Below are positions 15,642 through 24,000 of a stretch of 24,000 nucleotides of DNA, piece by piece. The notes beneath the pieces were generated by a model. It had not been told where the DNA came from, did not search any database, and saw only the letters and a program-made list of their open reading frames with translations. Numbering within the stretch: the first letter of the stretch is position 1; every line of letters begins with the position of its first letter. The stretch is from Bordetella parapertussis (GTDB lineage Bacteria > Pseudomonadota > Gammaproteobacteria > Burkholderiales > SG8-41), in the NCBI GenBank assembly GCA_945885345.1, contig CAMCYP010000011.1, forward strand, positions 37,852 to 61,851. The letters run 5' to 3'. The position numbers were made by a program, and so were the translations under genes.

Positions 15642-15662
15642 GAAGATACCAGAACGGCGTGC

Positions 15663-16361
15663 TTACTCCGCCGCGAGCCGGTAACCGACGCCGGATTCCG
15701 TCAGCAGATAACGCGGACGCGCCGGATCCTGTTCCAGTTTGTGGCGCAGGCCGCTCATGTAGATGCGCAGGTAATGATGGTGCTCGACATGCGACGGCCC
15801 CCAAACATCCTTCAGCAACTGCCGGTGCGTCAGCACCTTGCCCGACTGCCGCACCAGCGCAGCGAGCAAACGATATTCAATGGGCGTGAGGTGTACCTCT
15901 TTACCATTGATGCGCACCCTGCGATGCGGCAGATCGACTTCGAGTCCACCCACGGCGAACATGCCATCCCTGTCCTGTCCGGCCACCGTGCCGGCATGGC
16001 GCAATGCGACCCGGATGCGCGCCAGCAGTTCGCCCATGCTGAACGGCTTGGTCAGGTAGTCATCCGCGCCCGCGTCGAGCGCGGCAATCTTGTCGCCCTC
16101 CATTGCCCGCGCCGACAACACAATGACCGGCAGCGACGTCCATTCCCGCAACTGTTTCACGACATCGACGCCGTCCATGTCGGGCAGCCCGAGATCGAGA
16201 ATCACCAGGTCGGGTTTGCGGTTAGCGGCCAGCGTGAGACCTTCCTGCCCGGTCCCGGCCTCGTGCACTTCAAATTCGTGTGAAGCCAGCCCGGCGCGCA
16301 GGAAGCGCCGGATTTGTGGCTCGTCTTCGATGACGACGATCACGGGCTGCCCGGCGCTCAT
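15663..16361 (-). CDS. kdpE: KdpE response regulator (OmpR family)
   Basis: 232 aa. The receiver domain (VIEDEPQIRRFL..., LVILDLGLPDMDG) is followed by a winged-helix output domain (LTPIEYRLLAALV...GVGYRL). Its ATG overlaps the kdpD stop (ATGA at 16358-16361). Confidence 0.95.
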   Translation of the reverse strand: MSAGQPVIVVIEDEPQIRRFLRAGLASHEFEVHEAGTGQEGLTLAANRKPDLVILDLGLPDMDGVDVVKQLREWTSLPVIVLSARAMEGDKIAALDAGADDYLTKPFSMGELLARIRVALRHAGTVAGQDRDGMFAVGGLEVDLPHRRVRINGKEVHLTPIEYRLLAALVRQSGKVLTHRQLLKDVWGPSHVEHHHYLRIYMSGLRHKLEQDPARPRYLLTESGVGYRLAAE

Positions 16362-19105
16362 GCCGGCGACGCCGGTTGTTCGTCATCGAGGATCAATTCC
16401 GGCGGCTCTTCATCAACCGGCAAGGTAAACCGGAATACCGCGCCACCGGCCGGATCGTTCTCCGCCCGGATACTGCCGCCGTGAGCCGTCACCACTGCCC
16501 GGCAGATGGCCAGCCCCAGCCCGACGCCGCTTTGCGCACGCTCGGGCGAGGCACGGTAAAACTTGTCGAACAGCCGCTCTTCCAGTCCCTTTGGTATTCC
16601 CGGCCCACGGTCTGCAACAGAGACCGTCACCATGCCCGGAGCCAGTGTGGCCTCAATCGTGATCGGTGAGTTGCCCGGCGCATATTTGACAGCGTTTTCG
16701 ATCAGGTTGACCAGGACCTGCTCGATCAATACCACATCCACCTTGATCAGCGGCAACCCCGGCGGCAGGCGCACTTCGACCGGCCGAACGCCAAGTCGCG
16801 CCTGCATGCGTGTCAGCACACTACCGACGATTTCTTCGATGGGATACCAGTCCCGGTTCAGCTTCACCACACCGGAATCCAGGCGCGCCATGTCGAGTAT
16901 GTTATTGGCAAGCACGGCCATGCGCTGCGCTTCGTCATAAATGGTCTGCGCCAGATCGCGTTTCGCCGCTTCACTGAGCCGGGCCGGGTCTTCTGCGAGG
17001 CTGCTCGATGCCCCGACGATCGACGACAGCGGCGTGCGCAGGTCGTGGGAAATGGCCGACAGCAAGGAGTTGCGCAGGCTCTCCGTTTCGACTTTCACCT
17101 GTGATGCATGCGCTTCGTCAGCGAGACGCACGCGCTCAATCGCCAGCGCCGTCTGGTTGAGCAGGGTTTCCAGCAGCCGCTGCTGTTCCGGCAGAAAAAT
17201 CCGCCGCAGGCTGATCGGCAGGATCACCAGCACGCCGATACGGCCGCCGCCCGTGAGCGGCATGTAAATCGCCTCGGCGCCTGGCAGTGTATTGGTCCCG
17301 CGCCCCGCCACATGTCCGTTGTCATAGACCCATTGCGCAACCGCAAGGTCGGCGTTGCGCAGCGAATGTTCCTGGCCTTTGGCACGGGGATAGGCCACAC
17401 GCCCGTTTATGTCAGGCAGCAGGATCACGCACTGGCTGTCGAACTCGGCGCCGATCCGCCGTACGGCAGCGCGCACGGCTTCCTCTTCACTGCGGGACTG
17501 CGCAAGTTCACGGCTGAGCTCATAAAGGCTCGCCGCGCGCTTTTCGCGATAGCCTGCGACCTTGGCCTGGGTACGCAGGTTGGAAGCCAGCGTACTGATG
17601 ACGATGCCGACCATCAGCATGACAATAAAAGTCATCAGGTAACGGATGTCGGAAATGGCAAACGTAAACTGCGGCGGCACAAAAAAGAAATCGAAGGCCG
17701 CCACCGCCAGCACCGCGGAAAGCGCCGAAGGCCCCCGGCCATGACGTGTCGCAACCAGCATCACGCCGAGAAGGTAGATCATGACCAGATCGAGCAGCTC
17801 GATGCTGTTCGGTCCGTAAAAACCGATCACGGTGCAGGCCGCCGGCACTGCAACCGCCGTGGAATAACCCGGCCAGCGCTCCTTCATGCTGCGATCCGCC
17901 CCGGGCAAACCGAGGTAGGCGCGGCTGCGCAGCAAATACTGTTCGGGCGCCGCGCTCGGCAATTTACTGTCACTGCCCAGCAGATAGACATCGATGCCTT
18001 CTGCCTGGCGCACCACCGTGTCCACCACCGATCCGAGCAGCCAGCGCCGCCAGCCGGCGCGCCCCGGCTTGCCGAGAACGATTTTGGTGATGTTTTTTTC
18101 ACGCGCGTAATCGATGATCGCGGCGCTCATCTGCGGCGCGGAAAAGGTCACGGTCTCGGCGCCCAGGCTTTCAGCCAGGCGCAGGTTCTGCATCACCGCA
18201 TCACGTTGCCCAGGCGGCAAGCGCTGCAACTGCGGTGTTTCGGCGTAGGCAACGATCCATTCCGCATGCAATGCAGCGGCGAGCCGGCGCCCGGCGCGGA
18301 TCAGTTGCTCGGCCCGTTCCCCCGGTCCGATGCAGACCAGGATGCGTTCACCGGCCTGCCATACCGCGCGAATGCCCTTGTCCTCGCGATAGGTGCGCAT
18401 CTGCGCCTCGACGCGTTCGGCGGTGCGGCGCAGCGACAGTTCGCGCAACGCGATCAGGTTGCCTTTGCGGAAGAAATTCTCAATGGCGGCCTGCGCCTGC
18501 TGCGGCACATAGACCTTGCCCTCGCGCAGGCGCTCCAGCAATTCGTCAGGCGGCAAATCGATGAGCTCAACTTCGTCGGCCCGCTCGAACACGGTGTCGG
18601 GCACCGTCTCCTGAACGCGGATACCGGTGATGCCGCCGACCACATCGTTGAGGCTTTCGAGATGCTGAACGTTGAGCGCGGTATAGACGTCAATGCCGGC
18701 GTCGAGCAGTTCTTCGACATCATTCCAGCGTTTTGGATGTCGCGCGCCCTGCGCATTGGTGTGCGCCAGTTCGTCAACAACAATGATTGCCGGATGCCGT
18801 TTCAGCGCCGCGTCGAGATCGAAATCCCGCACCTCGGCGTCGCGGTAGGACACCACCCGCGGCGGCAGCATCTCCAACCCTTCGATCAACGCTGCAGTAT
18901 CGGCACGACCGTGGGTTTCCACCACGCCTACGACGACATCGAGACCATCGCGGCGCTGCTCATGCGCAGCGAGCAGCATCGCGTACGTCTTGCCGACGCC
19001 GGCTGCCGCGCCAAAGAATATCTTGAGGCGGCCGCGCTTGCGCCGGGCTTCTTCGCGCTGGACTCTGGCCAGCAGTACGTCAGGATCGGGGCGTATCTCG
19101 GGCAT
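16358..19105 (-). CDS. kdpD: KdpD sensor histidine kinase
   Basis: 915 aa. It has the N-terminal KdpD domain with Walker A GAAAGVGKT, a Usp-like segment, a four-helix membrane block, a GAF-like region, the H-box SHDLRTPL and a C-terminal HATPase (DRGPGIP, GVGLGLAI). Confidence 0.97.
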   Translation of the reverse strand: MPEIRPDPDVLLARVQREEARRKRGRLKIFFGAAAGVGKTYAMLLAAHEQRRDGLDVVVGVVETHGRADTAALIEGLEMLPPRVVSYRDAEVRDFDLDAALKRHPAIIVVDELAHTNAQGARHPKRWNDVEELLDAGIDVYTALNVQHLESLNDVVGGITGIRVQETVPDTVFERADEVELIDLPPDELLERLREGKVYVPQQAQAAIENFFRKGNLIALRELSLRRTAERVEAQMRTYREDKGIRAVWQAGERILVCIGPGERAEQLIRAGRRLAAALHAEWIVAYAETPQLQRLPPGQRDAVMQNLRLAESLGAETVTFSAPQMSAAIIDYAREKNITKIVLGKPGRAGWRRWLLGSVVDTVVRQAEGIDVYLLGSDSKLPSAAPEQYLLRSRAYLGLPGADRSMKERWPGYSTAVAVPAACTVIGFYGPNSIELLDLVMIYLLGVMLVATRHGRGPSALSAVLAVAAFDFFFVPPQFTFAISDIRYLMTFIVMLMVGIVISTLASNLRTQAKVAGYREKRAASLYELSRELAQSRSEEEAVRAAVRRIGAEFDSQCVILLPDINGRVAYPRAKGQEHSLRNADLAVAQWVYDNGHVAGRGTNTLPGAEAIYMPLTGGGRIGVLVILPISLRRIFLPEQQRLLETLLNQTALAIERVRLADEAHASQVKVETESLRNSLLSAISHDLRTPLSSIVGASSSLAEDPARLSEAAKRDLAQTIYDEAQRMAVLANNILDMARLDSGVVKLNRDWYPIEEIVGSVLTRMQARLGVRPVEVRLPPGLPLIKVDVVLIEQVLVNLIENAVKYAPGNSPITIEATLAPGMVTVSVADRGPGIPKGLEERLFDKFYRASPERAQSGVGLGLAICRAVVTAHGGSIRAENDPAGGAVFRFTLPVDEEPPELILDDEQPASPA

Positions 19106-19137
19106 GACCGGAAGCAGTATAGGCCAGCCCCGGGGCC

Positions 19138-19287
19138 TCAGGCGCCCGTACCAGCCCTGTGGTTATCTCGCGGCTCTCCACTGCGCTTGGTTTGTCGTCG
19201 CGCGAGTCGCTGCACGATGATCCATGCGCAGATGACTGGCACCACGAGCACCGCCCCCGCGAGCAGCAACGCGAACCGGTCGCTCAT
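19138..19287 (-). CDS. Candidate 49-codon single-pass membrane micro-protein between kdpC and kdpD (unannotated, hypothetical)
   Basis: The ATG at 19285-19287 overlaps the kdpC stop (ATGA). The translation is [49 protein letters not shown], with a TGA at 19138-19140, 32 nt before the kdpD ATG. It has a hydrophobic N-terminal helix then a basic tail, and the first roughly 30 codons are mostly G/C-ending. It fills most of an otherwise unexplained 178-nt kdpC-kdpD gap. Confidence 0.35.
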   Translation of the reverse strand: MSDRFALLLAGAVLVVPVICAWIIVQRLARRQTKRSGEPRDNHRAGTGA

Positions 19288-19859
19288 CGCCCTGCCGCGT
19301 CCAGTGCGAGATTGAGCTTGAGCACATTGACGCGCGGCTCTCCCAGGATGCCAAGCTGGCGACCCCCGGTGGCCTCAGCCACCAGCGTGCGTACCCGCTG
19401 CGGGTCAAGGTTTCGGGCTTTGGCAACGCGATTCACCTGATACGCCGCTGCCGCAGGGCTGACATGGGGATCAAGCCCGCTGCCGGACGCCGTGACCAGA
19501 TCAGCGGGTACGGGGGCAACATTTCCGGGATCGGCATCACGCAAGGTCTTGATGCGGGATGCGACGGCCTCGGCCTGCGCGGGATTGAGCGGACCCTGGT
19601 TTGAGCCGCTCGATGCTGCCGCGTTGTAAGAGTAGGGCGAAGTCGCCGACGGCCGGCCCCAAAAATATTTCGGGTCGCTGAACGGCTGACCGATCAGTTC
19701 GGATCCCACGGGCTTGCCGTCACGCTCAACGAGGCTGCCGTTGGCCTGGCGCGGAAACACGCCCTGCGCGATACCGGTAACCAGCAGCGGATAGACGGCA
19801 CCGGTAATCACCGTCATCACCAGCAACATCATCAATGCAGATCTGAATTCTTTGATCAT
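19284..19859 (-). CDS. kdpC: Potassium-transporting ATPase subunit KdpC
   Basis: 191 aa. It has an N-terminal TM helix ([23 protein letters not shown]) and the conserved [15 protein letters not shown] motif. Confidence 0.95.
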   Translation of the reverse strand: MIKEFRSALMMLLVMTVITGAVYPLLVTGIAQGVFPRQANGSLVERDGKPVGSELIGQPFSDPKYFWGRPSATSPYSYNAAASSGSNQGPLNPAQAEAVASRIKTLRDADPGNVAPVPADLVTASGSGLDPHVSPAAAAYQVNRVAKARNLDPQRVRTLVAEATGGRQLGILGEPRVNVLKLNLALDAAGR

Positions 19860-19869
19860 TTGAATTTCC

Positions 19870-21960
19870 TCAGGCCAGATTCAGCGCAACAAGCGAAAGG
19901 TCGATTATTTTGATGCCGATGAACGGCACGATCACGCCGCCCACGCCGTAGATCAGCGTGTTGTCGCGCAGCAGCGTTGCCGCGCCCACCGGACGGTAGC
20001 GCACGCCTTTCAACGCCAGCGGTATCAATGCGATGATGATGAGCGCGTTGAAAATCACCGCCGACAGGATCGCGCTTTGCGGGCTGGCGAGTCCCATGAT
20101 GTTCAGTGCATTGAGCTGCGGATAGGTCGTGGCAAAGGCTGCGGGAATAATCGCGAAGTACTTGGCAATGTCGTTGGCCGTCGAAAACGTCGTCAGCGCA
20201 CCGCGCGTAATCAGCAGTTGTTTTCCGATCTCGACAATCTCGATCAGCTTGGTCGGATTGGAGTCAAGGTCCACCATGTTGCCGGCCTCCTTCGCCGCCT
20301 GCGTGCCGGTGTTCATGGCCACTGCCACATCGGCCTGCGCCAGTGCCGGCGCATCATTGGTGCCGTCACCGGTCATGGCCACCAGACGCCCACCGGCCTG
20401 GAAGTCGCGTATCAGTTTCAGCTTGGCCTCGGGTGTCGCTTCGGCAAGAAAGTCATCGACGCCGGCTTCGGCGGCAATCGCCGCGGCGGTGAGGCGGTTG
20501 TCACCGGTAATCATCACCGTGCGGATGCCCATGCGGCGCAGTTCGGCAAAACGCTCCTTGATGCCGCCTTTGACAATGTCTTTCAGCTCTACAACGCCCA
20601 GCACCCGCCCGTTTTCCGCCACTACCAGCGGAGTTGAGCCCTTGCGCGCCACTGTATCGACCAGCGCCTGCACTTCTGCCGGAAAACGCGCCTGCTGCGA
20701 TTCGACCCATCCCCGTATCGCATCGGCCGCGCCCTTGCGGATCTGCCGCGAACCGATGTTGACGCCGCTCATGCGCGTATGCGCGGAGAACGGCACAAAA
20801 GTCGCGCCCAGCGCTGCAAGGTCGCGCTCGCGCAGGCCGTATTTCTGCTTCGCCAGCACAACGATGGACCGGCCCTCCGGCGTTTCATCCGGAAGCGACG
20901 CGAGTTGTGCTACATCGGCAAGTTCTTCGCGCGTGACGCCCGGCGCGGGTACAATCGCGTCCGCCTGGCGGTTGCCGAGTGTGATGGTGCCGGTCTTGTC
21001 GAGCAGCAGTACGTCGACGTCACCGGCTGCCTCGACCGCCCGACCCGAGGTGGCAATGACGTTGGCGCGCAGCATGCGGCCAATGCCGGCGAGGCCGATG
21101 GCGGACAACAGGCCGCCGATGGTGGTCGGGATCAGGCAGACCAGCAGCGCGATCAGCACGGTAATGGTCACCGGGCTGCCGGACTTCGCGATCTCCACGC
21201 TGTAGATCGAGAACGGCAGCAGCGTCACCGTCGCCAGCAAGAACACGAGCGTCATCTTGACCAGCAGAATTGTCAGCGCGATCTCGTTGGGCGTCTTCTG
21301 GCGGCGCGCAGTTTCCACCATCGCAATCATGCGGTCGACGAAGGCCTCGCCGGGGTTGACCGTCACGCGCAAGAGCAACCAGTCGGAAAGTACCCGGGTG
21401 CCGCCCGTCACCGAGCTGAAATCGCCACCGGCTTCGCGGATGACTGGGGCCGATTCGCCGGTGATCGCGGACTCGTTCACCGAGGCGGTGCCCTCAAGCA
21501 CTTCACCGTCCGCAGGTATGAAGTCACCGGTCTCGACCAGAATGAAATCGCCCTTGCGCAGCTCTGTCGACGGCACGACGGACTGCGGCGCCGAACGTTC
21601 CGCACGCTCGAGTTTCTTCGCCGACATGTCGTGCTTCGCGCGACGCAGCGCAGCGGCCTGTGCCTTGCTGCGCCCCTCGGCAATGGCCTCCGCAAAATTC
21701 GCGAACAACACGGTAAACCAGAGCCAGGCCATGATCGCGAAAATGAATCCGGCGGGCGCCTCACCCTGGCCGCCCAAGGCATGGAAATAGAGGATGGTGG
21801 TCAGGATGCTGCCGACGTAGACCACGAACATAACCGGATTGCGCCACTGATGCTGCGGCAGCAGTTTGATGAAAGCCTCGAACAGGGCATCACGCATGAT
21901 GCCGCGGGTCACCAGCGCCCGGGGGGCGACGGGGGGCAGTGAAACAGTATTGGTGGACAT
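19870..21960 (-). CDS. kdpB: Potassium-transporting P-type ATPase subunit KdpB
   Basis: The start is [10 protein letters not shown]... at 21960, with AAGGA upstream. [14 protein letters not shown] matches the E. coli KdpB N-terminus. The P-type motifs DKTGTIT, MITGDN and [12 protein letters not shown] are present. The protein is 696 aa. The ORF-track extension to 22665 lies inside kdpA and is spurious. Confidence 0.97.
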   Translation of the reverse strand: MSTNTVSLPPVAPRALVTRGIMRDALFEAFIKLLPQHQWRNPVMFVVYVGSILTTILYFHALGGQGEAPAGFIFAIMAWLWFTVLFANFAEAIAEGRSKAQAAALRRAKHDMSAKKLERAERSAPQSVVPSTELRKGDFILVETGDFIPADGEVLEGTASVNESAITGESAPVIREAGGDFSSVTGGTRVLSDWLLLRVTVNPGEAFVDRMIAMVETARRQKTPNEIALTILLVKMTLVFLLATVTLLPFSIYSVEIAKSGSPVTITVLIALLVCLIPTTIGGLLSAIGLAGIGRMLRANVIATSGRAVEAAGDVDVLLLDKTGTITLGNRQADAIVPAPGVTREELADVAQLASLPDETPEGRSIVVLAKQKYGLRERDLAALGATFVPFSAHTRMSGVNIGSRQIRKGAADAIRGWVESQQARFPAEVQALVDTVARKGSTPLVVAENGRVLGVVELKDIVKGGIKERFAELRRMGIRTVMITGDNRLTAAAIAAEAGVDDFLAEATPEAKLKLIRDFQAGGRLVAMTGDGTNDAPALAQADVAVAMNTGTQAAKEAGNMVDLDSNPTKLIEIVEIGKQLLITRGALTTFSTANDIAKYFAIIPAAFATTYPQLNALNIMGLASPQSAILSAVIFNALIIIALIPLALKGVRYRPVGAATLLRDNTLIYGVGGVIVPFIGIKIIDLSLVALNLA

Positions 21961-21977
21961 GGTAATGATCCTTGGGT

Positions 21978-23786
21978 TTAGCGGACACCGTGCAGCATCA
22001 GGTGCTCGACAACGGGACCGAGGGCGAGCGCCGGAATAAAGGTCAGCGCGCCGACAATGACAACGACGCCGATGAGAAAGAAAATGAACAGGGGAGTGTG
22101 CGTCGGCAAGGTACCCGCGCCCGGCGGCACTTTTTTCTTGGCTGCAAGGCTCCCTGCCAGCGCCAGCACGGGCACCAGCAGCCAGAACCGCGAGAACCAC
22201 ATCGCCAGTCCGAGTGCCCCGTTGTAGAACGGCGTGTTGGCCGACAGCCCGGCAAACGCACTGCCGTTGTTGTTGCCGGCCGAGGAGAAGGCATACAGAA
22301 TTTCGGAGAATCCGTGTGCGCCCGGATTTGCAACACTGGACCTTCCGGCATCGATCATCACCGCAATGGCGGTTCCGCCCAGCACCATGACCAGCGGCAC
22401 CAGAACGACAATCGCTGACATCTTGATCTCGTAGGATTCGATCTTTTTGCCGAGGTATTCCGGGGTGCGGCCGATCATCAGGCCGGCGACGAATACCGCG
22501 ACGATCGCGAACACGATCATGCCGTAGAGTCCGGAGCCGACGCCGCCGAAAATCACTTCGCCCAGTTGCATCAGCCACATCGGCACCAGCCCGCCGAGCG
22601 GGGTGAAGGAATCGTGCATCGAATTGACCGAGCCATTGGACGCAGCAGTGGTTGCCGTCGCCCACAGCGCCGAGTTGACGATGCCGAAGCGCGCTTCCTT
22701 GCCTTCCATGTTGCCGCCCGGTTGATCGGCCGATGCAAGCTGGTCTATGCCGGACTTTGCGAGCGCAGGATTACCTGCCTGCTCCGCACTGACACAAACC
22801 GCTAACAAAGCAACGAACACGATGGTCATTGCCGACAGAATTGCCCAGCCCTGCCGCGTATCACCGACCATCCGGCCAAAGGTGTAACACAGCGCCGCAG
22901 GAATCAGCAGAATGGCCAGCATCTCAAGAAAGTTCGACAGCGGCGTCGGATTTTCCAGCGGGTGTGCCGAGTTGACGTTGAAAAAACCGCCGCCGTTGGT
23001 GCCCAGCTGCTTGATCGCAACCTGCGATGCAGCCGGTCCGACTGCAATGACCTGCTCCTTCTGCACGGTTTTTTCCGTAACAACGGTACCCGCCGCATCC
23101 TTTACCGGCTGACCGGCCGCATCGAGTTTCGGCGCATCGTATTCAACGCTCTCGACCAGCGGTACCGTGTGATAAGCGGAAAGCGTCTGCACTACACCCT
23201 GGCTGACCAGCACGAGCGCAAGCACCAGAGAAAGTGGCAGCAATATGTATATGGTGCCGCGGACCAGATCCACCCAGAAATTGCCGATGGTGTCCGCGTT
23301 CTGGCGCGTAAAACCGCGGATCAGTGCGATCAGCACCGCCATCCCGGTCGCGGCGGAAACGAAATTCTGCACCGTAAGCGCGAGCATCTGCGTGAGATAA
23401 CTCATCGTGGATTCGCCGCCGTAGCCCTGCCAGTTGGTATTCGTGGCAAAGCTCACCGCTGTATTGAAGGCGGAATCGGAAGTAACCGCTGCCATGCCCT
23501 GCGGATTAAGCGGCAAATAGACCTGCAGACGCTGCAACGCATAAACCGCGATTGCGCCAAGCAGGCTGAACCAGAGCACCGCGAAGGCATATTGCATCCA
23601 TCGCATTTCCTGACCGGGATCAACGCCACAGAGACGGTAAATCAGGTTCTCGAAACGCGTGCCGATCCTGCCCGCCGGCGCGACCTCAGCCGCGTAGACC
23701 CGGGCCATGTATCCACCAAGTGGTTTGGCCAGCGCGATCAGCACCACAAGAAACAGGATGATTTGCAGATACCCGTTGGCAGTCAT
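21978..23786 (-). CDS. kdpA: Potassium-transporting ATPase channel subunit KdpA
   Basis: The start is [24 protein letters not shown] at 23786. [13 protein letters not shown] and [15 protein letters not shown] match E. coli KdpA as recalled. The protein is 602 aa. The ORF-track extension to 23996 is spurious. Confidence 0.97.
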   Translation of the reverse strand: MTANGYLQIILFLVVLIALAKPLGGYMARVYAAEVAPAGRIGTRFENLIYRLCGVDPGQEMRWMQYAFAVLWFSLLGAIAVYALQRLQVYLPLNPQGMAAVTSDSAFNTAVSFATNTNWQGYGGESTMSYLTQMLALTVQNFVSAATGMAVLIALIRGFTRQNADTIGNFWVDLVRGTIYILLPLSLVLALVLVSQGVVQTLSAYHTVPLVESVEYDAPKLDAAGQPVKDAAGTVVTEKTVQKEQVIAVGPAASQVAIKQLGTNGGGFFNVNSAHPLENPTPLSNFLEMLAILLIPAALCYTFGRMVGDTRQGWAILSAMTIVFVALLAVCVSAEQAGNPALAKSGIDQLASADQPGGNMEGKEARFGIVNSALWATATTAASNGSVNSMHDSFTPLGGLVPMWLMQLGEVIFGGVGSGLYGMIVFAIVAVFVAGLMIGRTPEYLGKKIESYEIKMSAIVVLVPLVMVLGGTAIAVMIDAGRSSVANPGAHGFSEILYAFSSAGNNNGSAFAGLSANTPFYNGALGLAMWFSRFWLLVPVLALAGSLAAKKKVPPGAGTLPTHTPLFIFFLIGVVVIVGALTFIPALALGPVVEHLMLHGVR

Positions 23787-23875
23787 CAGAATTTCTCCGG
23801 GAAAAACAGCGCAATGAGGAGATAAATGAACACAGCAAGCGCAGTGGCACCGCTCAGGAGCACAATCCAGCTCAT
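23786..23875 (-). CDS. kdpF: KdpF small subunit
   Basis: The 29-codon ORF MSWIVLLSGATALAVFIYLLIALFFPEKF has the C-terminal YLLxALxxPExF pattern typical of KdpF. Its TGA overlaps the kdpA ATG (TGATG at 23784-23788). It is too short to appear in the ORF track. Confidence 0.8.
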   Translation of the reverse strand: MSWIVLLSGATALAVFIYLLIALFFPEKF

Positions 23876-23964
23876 GGCCGCCCCCGCAGTCTTTCGCAGC
23901 AGTAAACAAGCGCGACAGTGACGATGCAACAGACGGCCAGCAACCCGACGAAGAGCAAATCCAT
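23872..23964 (-). CDS. Candidate 30-codon hydrophobic, Cys-rich micro-protein at the head of the kdp operon (unannotated, hypothetical)
   Basis: The ATG at 23962-23964 has GGGAGA 7 nt upstream. The translation is MDLLFVGLLAVCCIVTVALVYCCERLRGRP, and its TGA overlaps the kdpF ATG (ATGA at 23872-23875). By hand count 21/29 codons end in G/C, which is similar to the flanking genes. Confidence 0.4.
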   Translation of the reverse strand: MDLLFVGLLAVCCIVTVALVYCCERLRGRP

Positions 23965-24000
23965 GGTTTTCTCCCGCAATGATTTCTGGGGAGCAATTTA

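Noticed and set aside
21961-22665. N-terminal extensions of the ORF-track entries: kdpB to 22665, kdpA to 23996, the OMF from 5184, phoX to 10927, thioredoxin to 8764, selO to 14518 and the LysR gene from 87.
   Set aside because: The extensions overlap the preceding gene or lack family similarity. Internal ATGs line up with known family N-termini, and for most of them with an SD or an ATGA/TGATG junction.
1-24000. CRISPR arrays, tandem repeat arrays, tRNA/rRNA genes, toxin-antitoxin pairs, and defence-island or prophage content.
   Set aside because: Reading the intergenic regions showed no periodic repeat-spacer structure and no cloverleaf-like or rRNA-like segments. Every gap over 60 nt is accounted for above. 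No small paired ORFs or nuclease, ATPase or methylase-type genes are present.

Overview
GC-rich (by eye, not computed) proteobacterial chromosomal window that is almost fully coding. I saw no rRNA or tRNA genes, CRISPR arrays, transposases, integrases or phage genes. From left to right: a LysR-family regulator (YhaJ-like from memory) is followed, in the same direction, by a three-gene RND efflux operon (lipoprotein adaptor, HAE1-type pump, NodT-family outer-membrane lipoprotein). Next on the minus strand come an alpha/beta hydrolase, a thioredoxin preceded by a truncated diverged copy of its own 5' end, a Tat-signal lipoprotein PhoX phosphatase with a Pho-box-like site, and pabB. A small secreted protein of unknown function lies on the plus strand. 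The rest is minus strand: selO, adhC (class III alcohol dehydrogenase) and a complete kdp locus (kdpF-A-B-C, kdpD-E) running off the right edge. I do not see a convincing new multi-gene system, and the content looks like core housekeeping, stress and transport genes. Five things seem most worth a second look. (1) Two unannotated hydrophobic micro-ORFs are translationally coupled inside the kdp operon, one ahead of kdpF and one between kdpC and kdpD. (2) A 181-bp-period partial duplication of the thioredoxin 5' end breaks inside the CxxC motif and has a different codon style. (3) A 10-bp perfect hairpin buries that fragment's start codons. (4) A recurring AT-rich, promoter-like module of about 32 bp sits in otherwise GC-rich DNA. 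(5) A Pho-box-like site lies upstream of phoX. All functional calls rest on motif and family recognition from the translated ORFs; no database search was possible.
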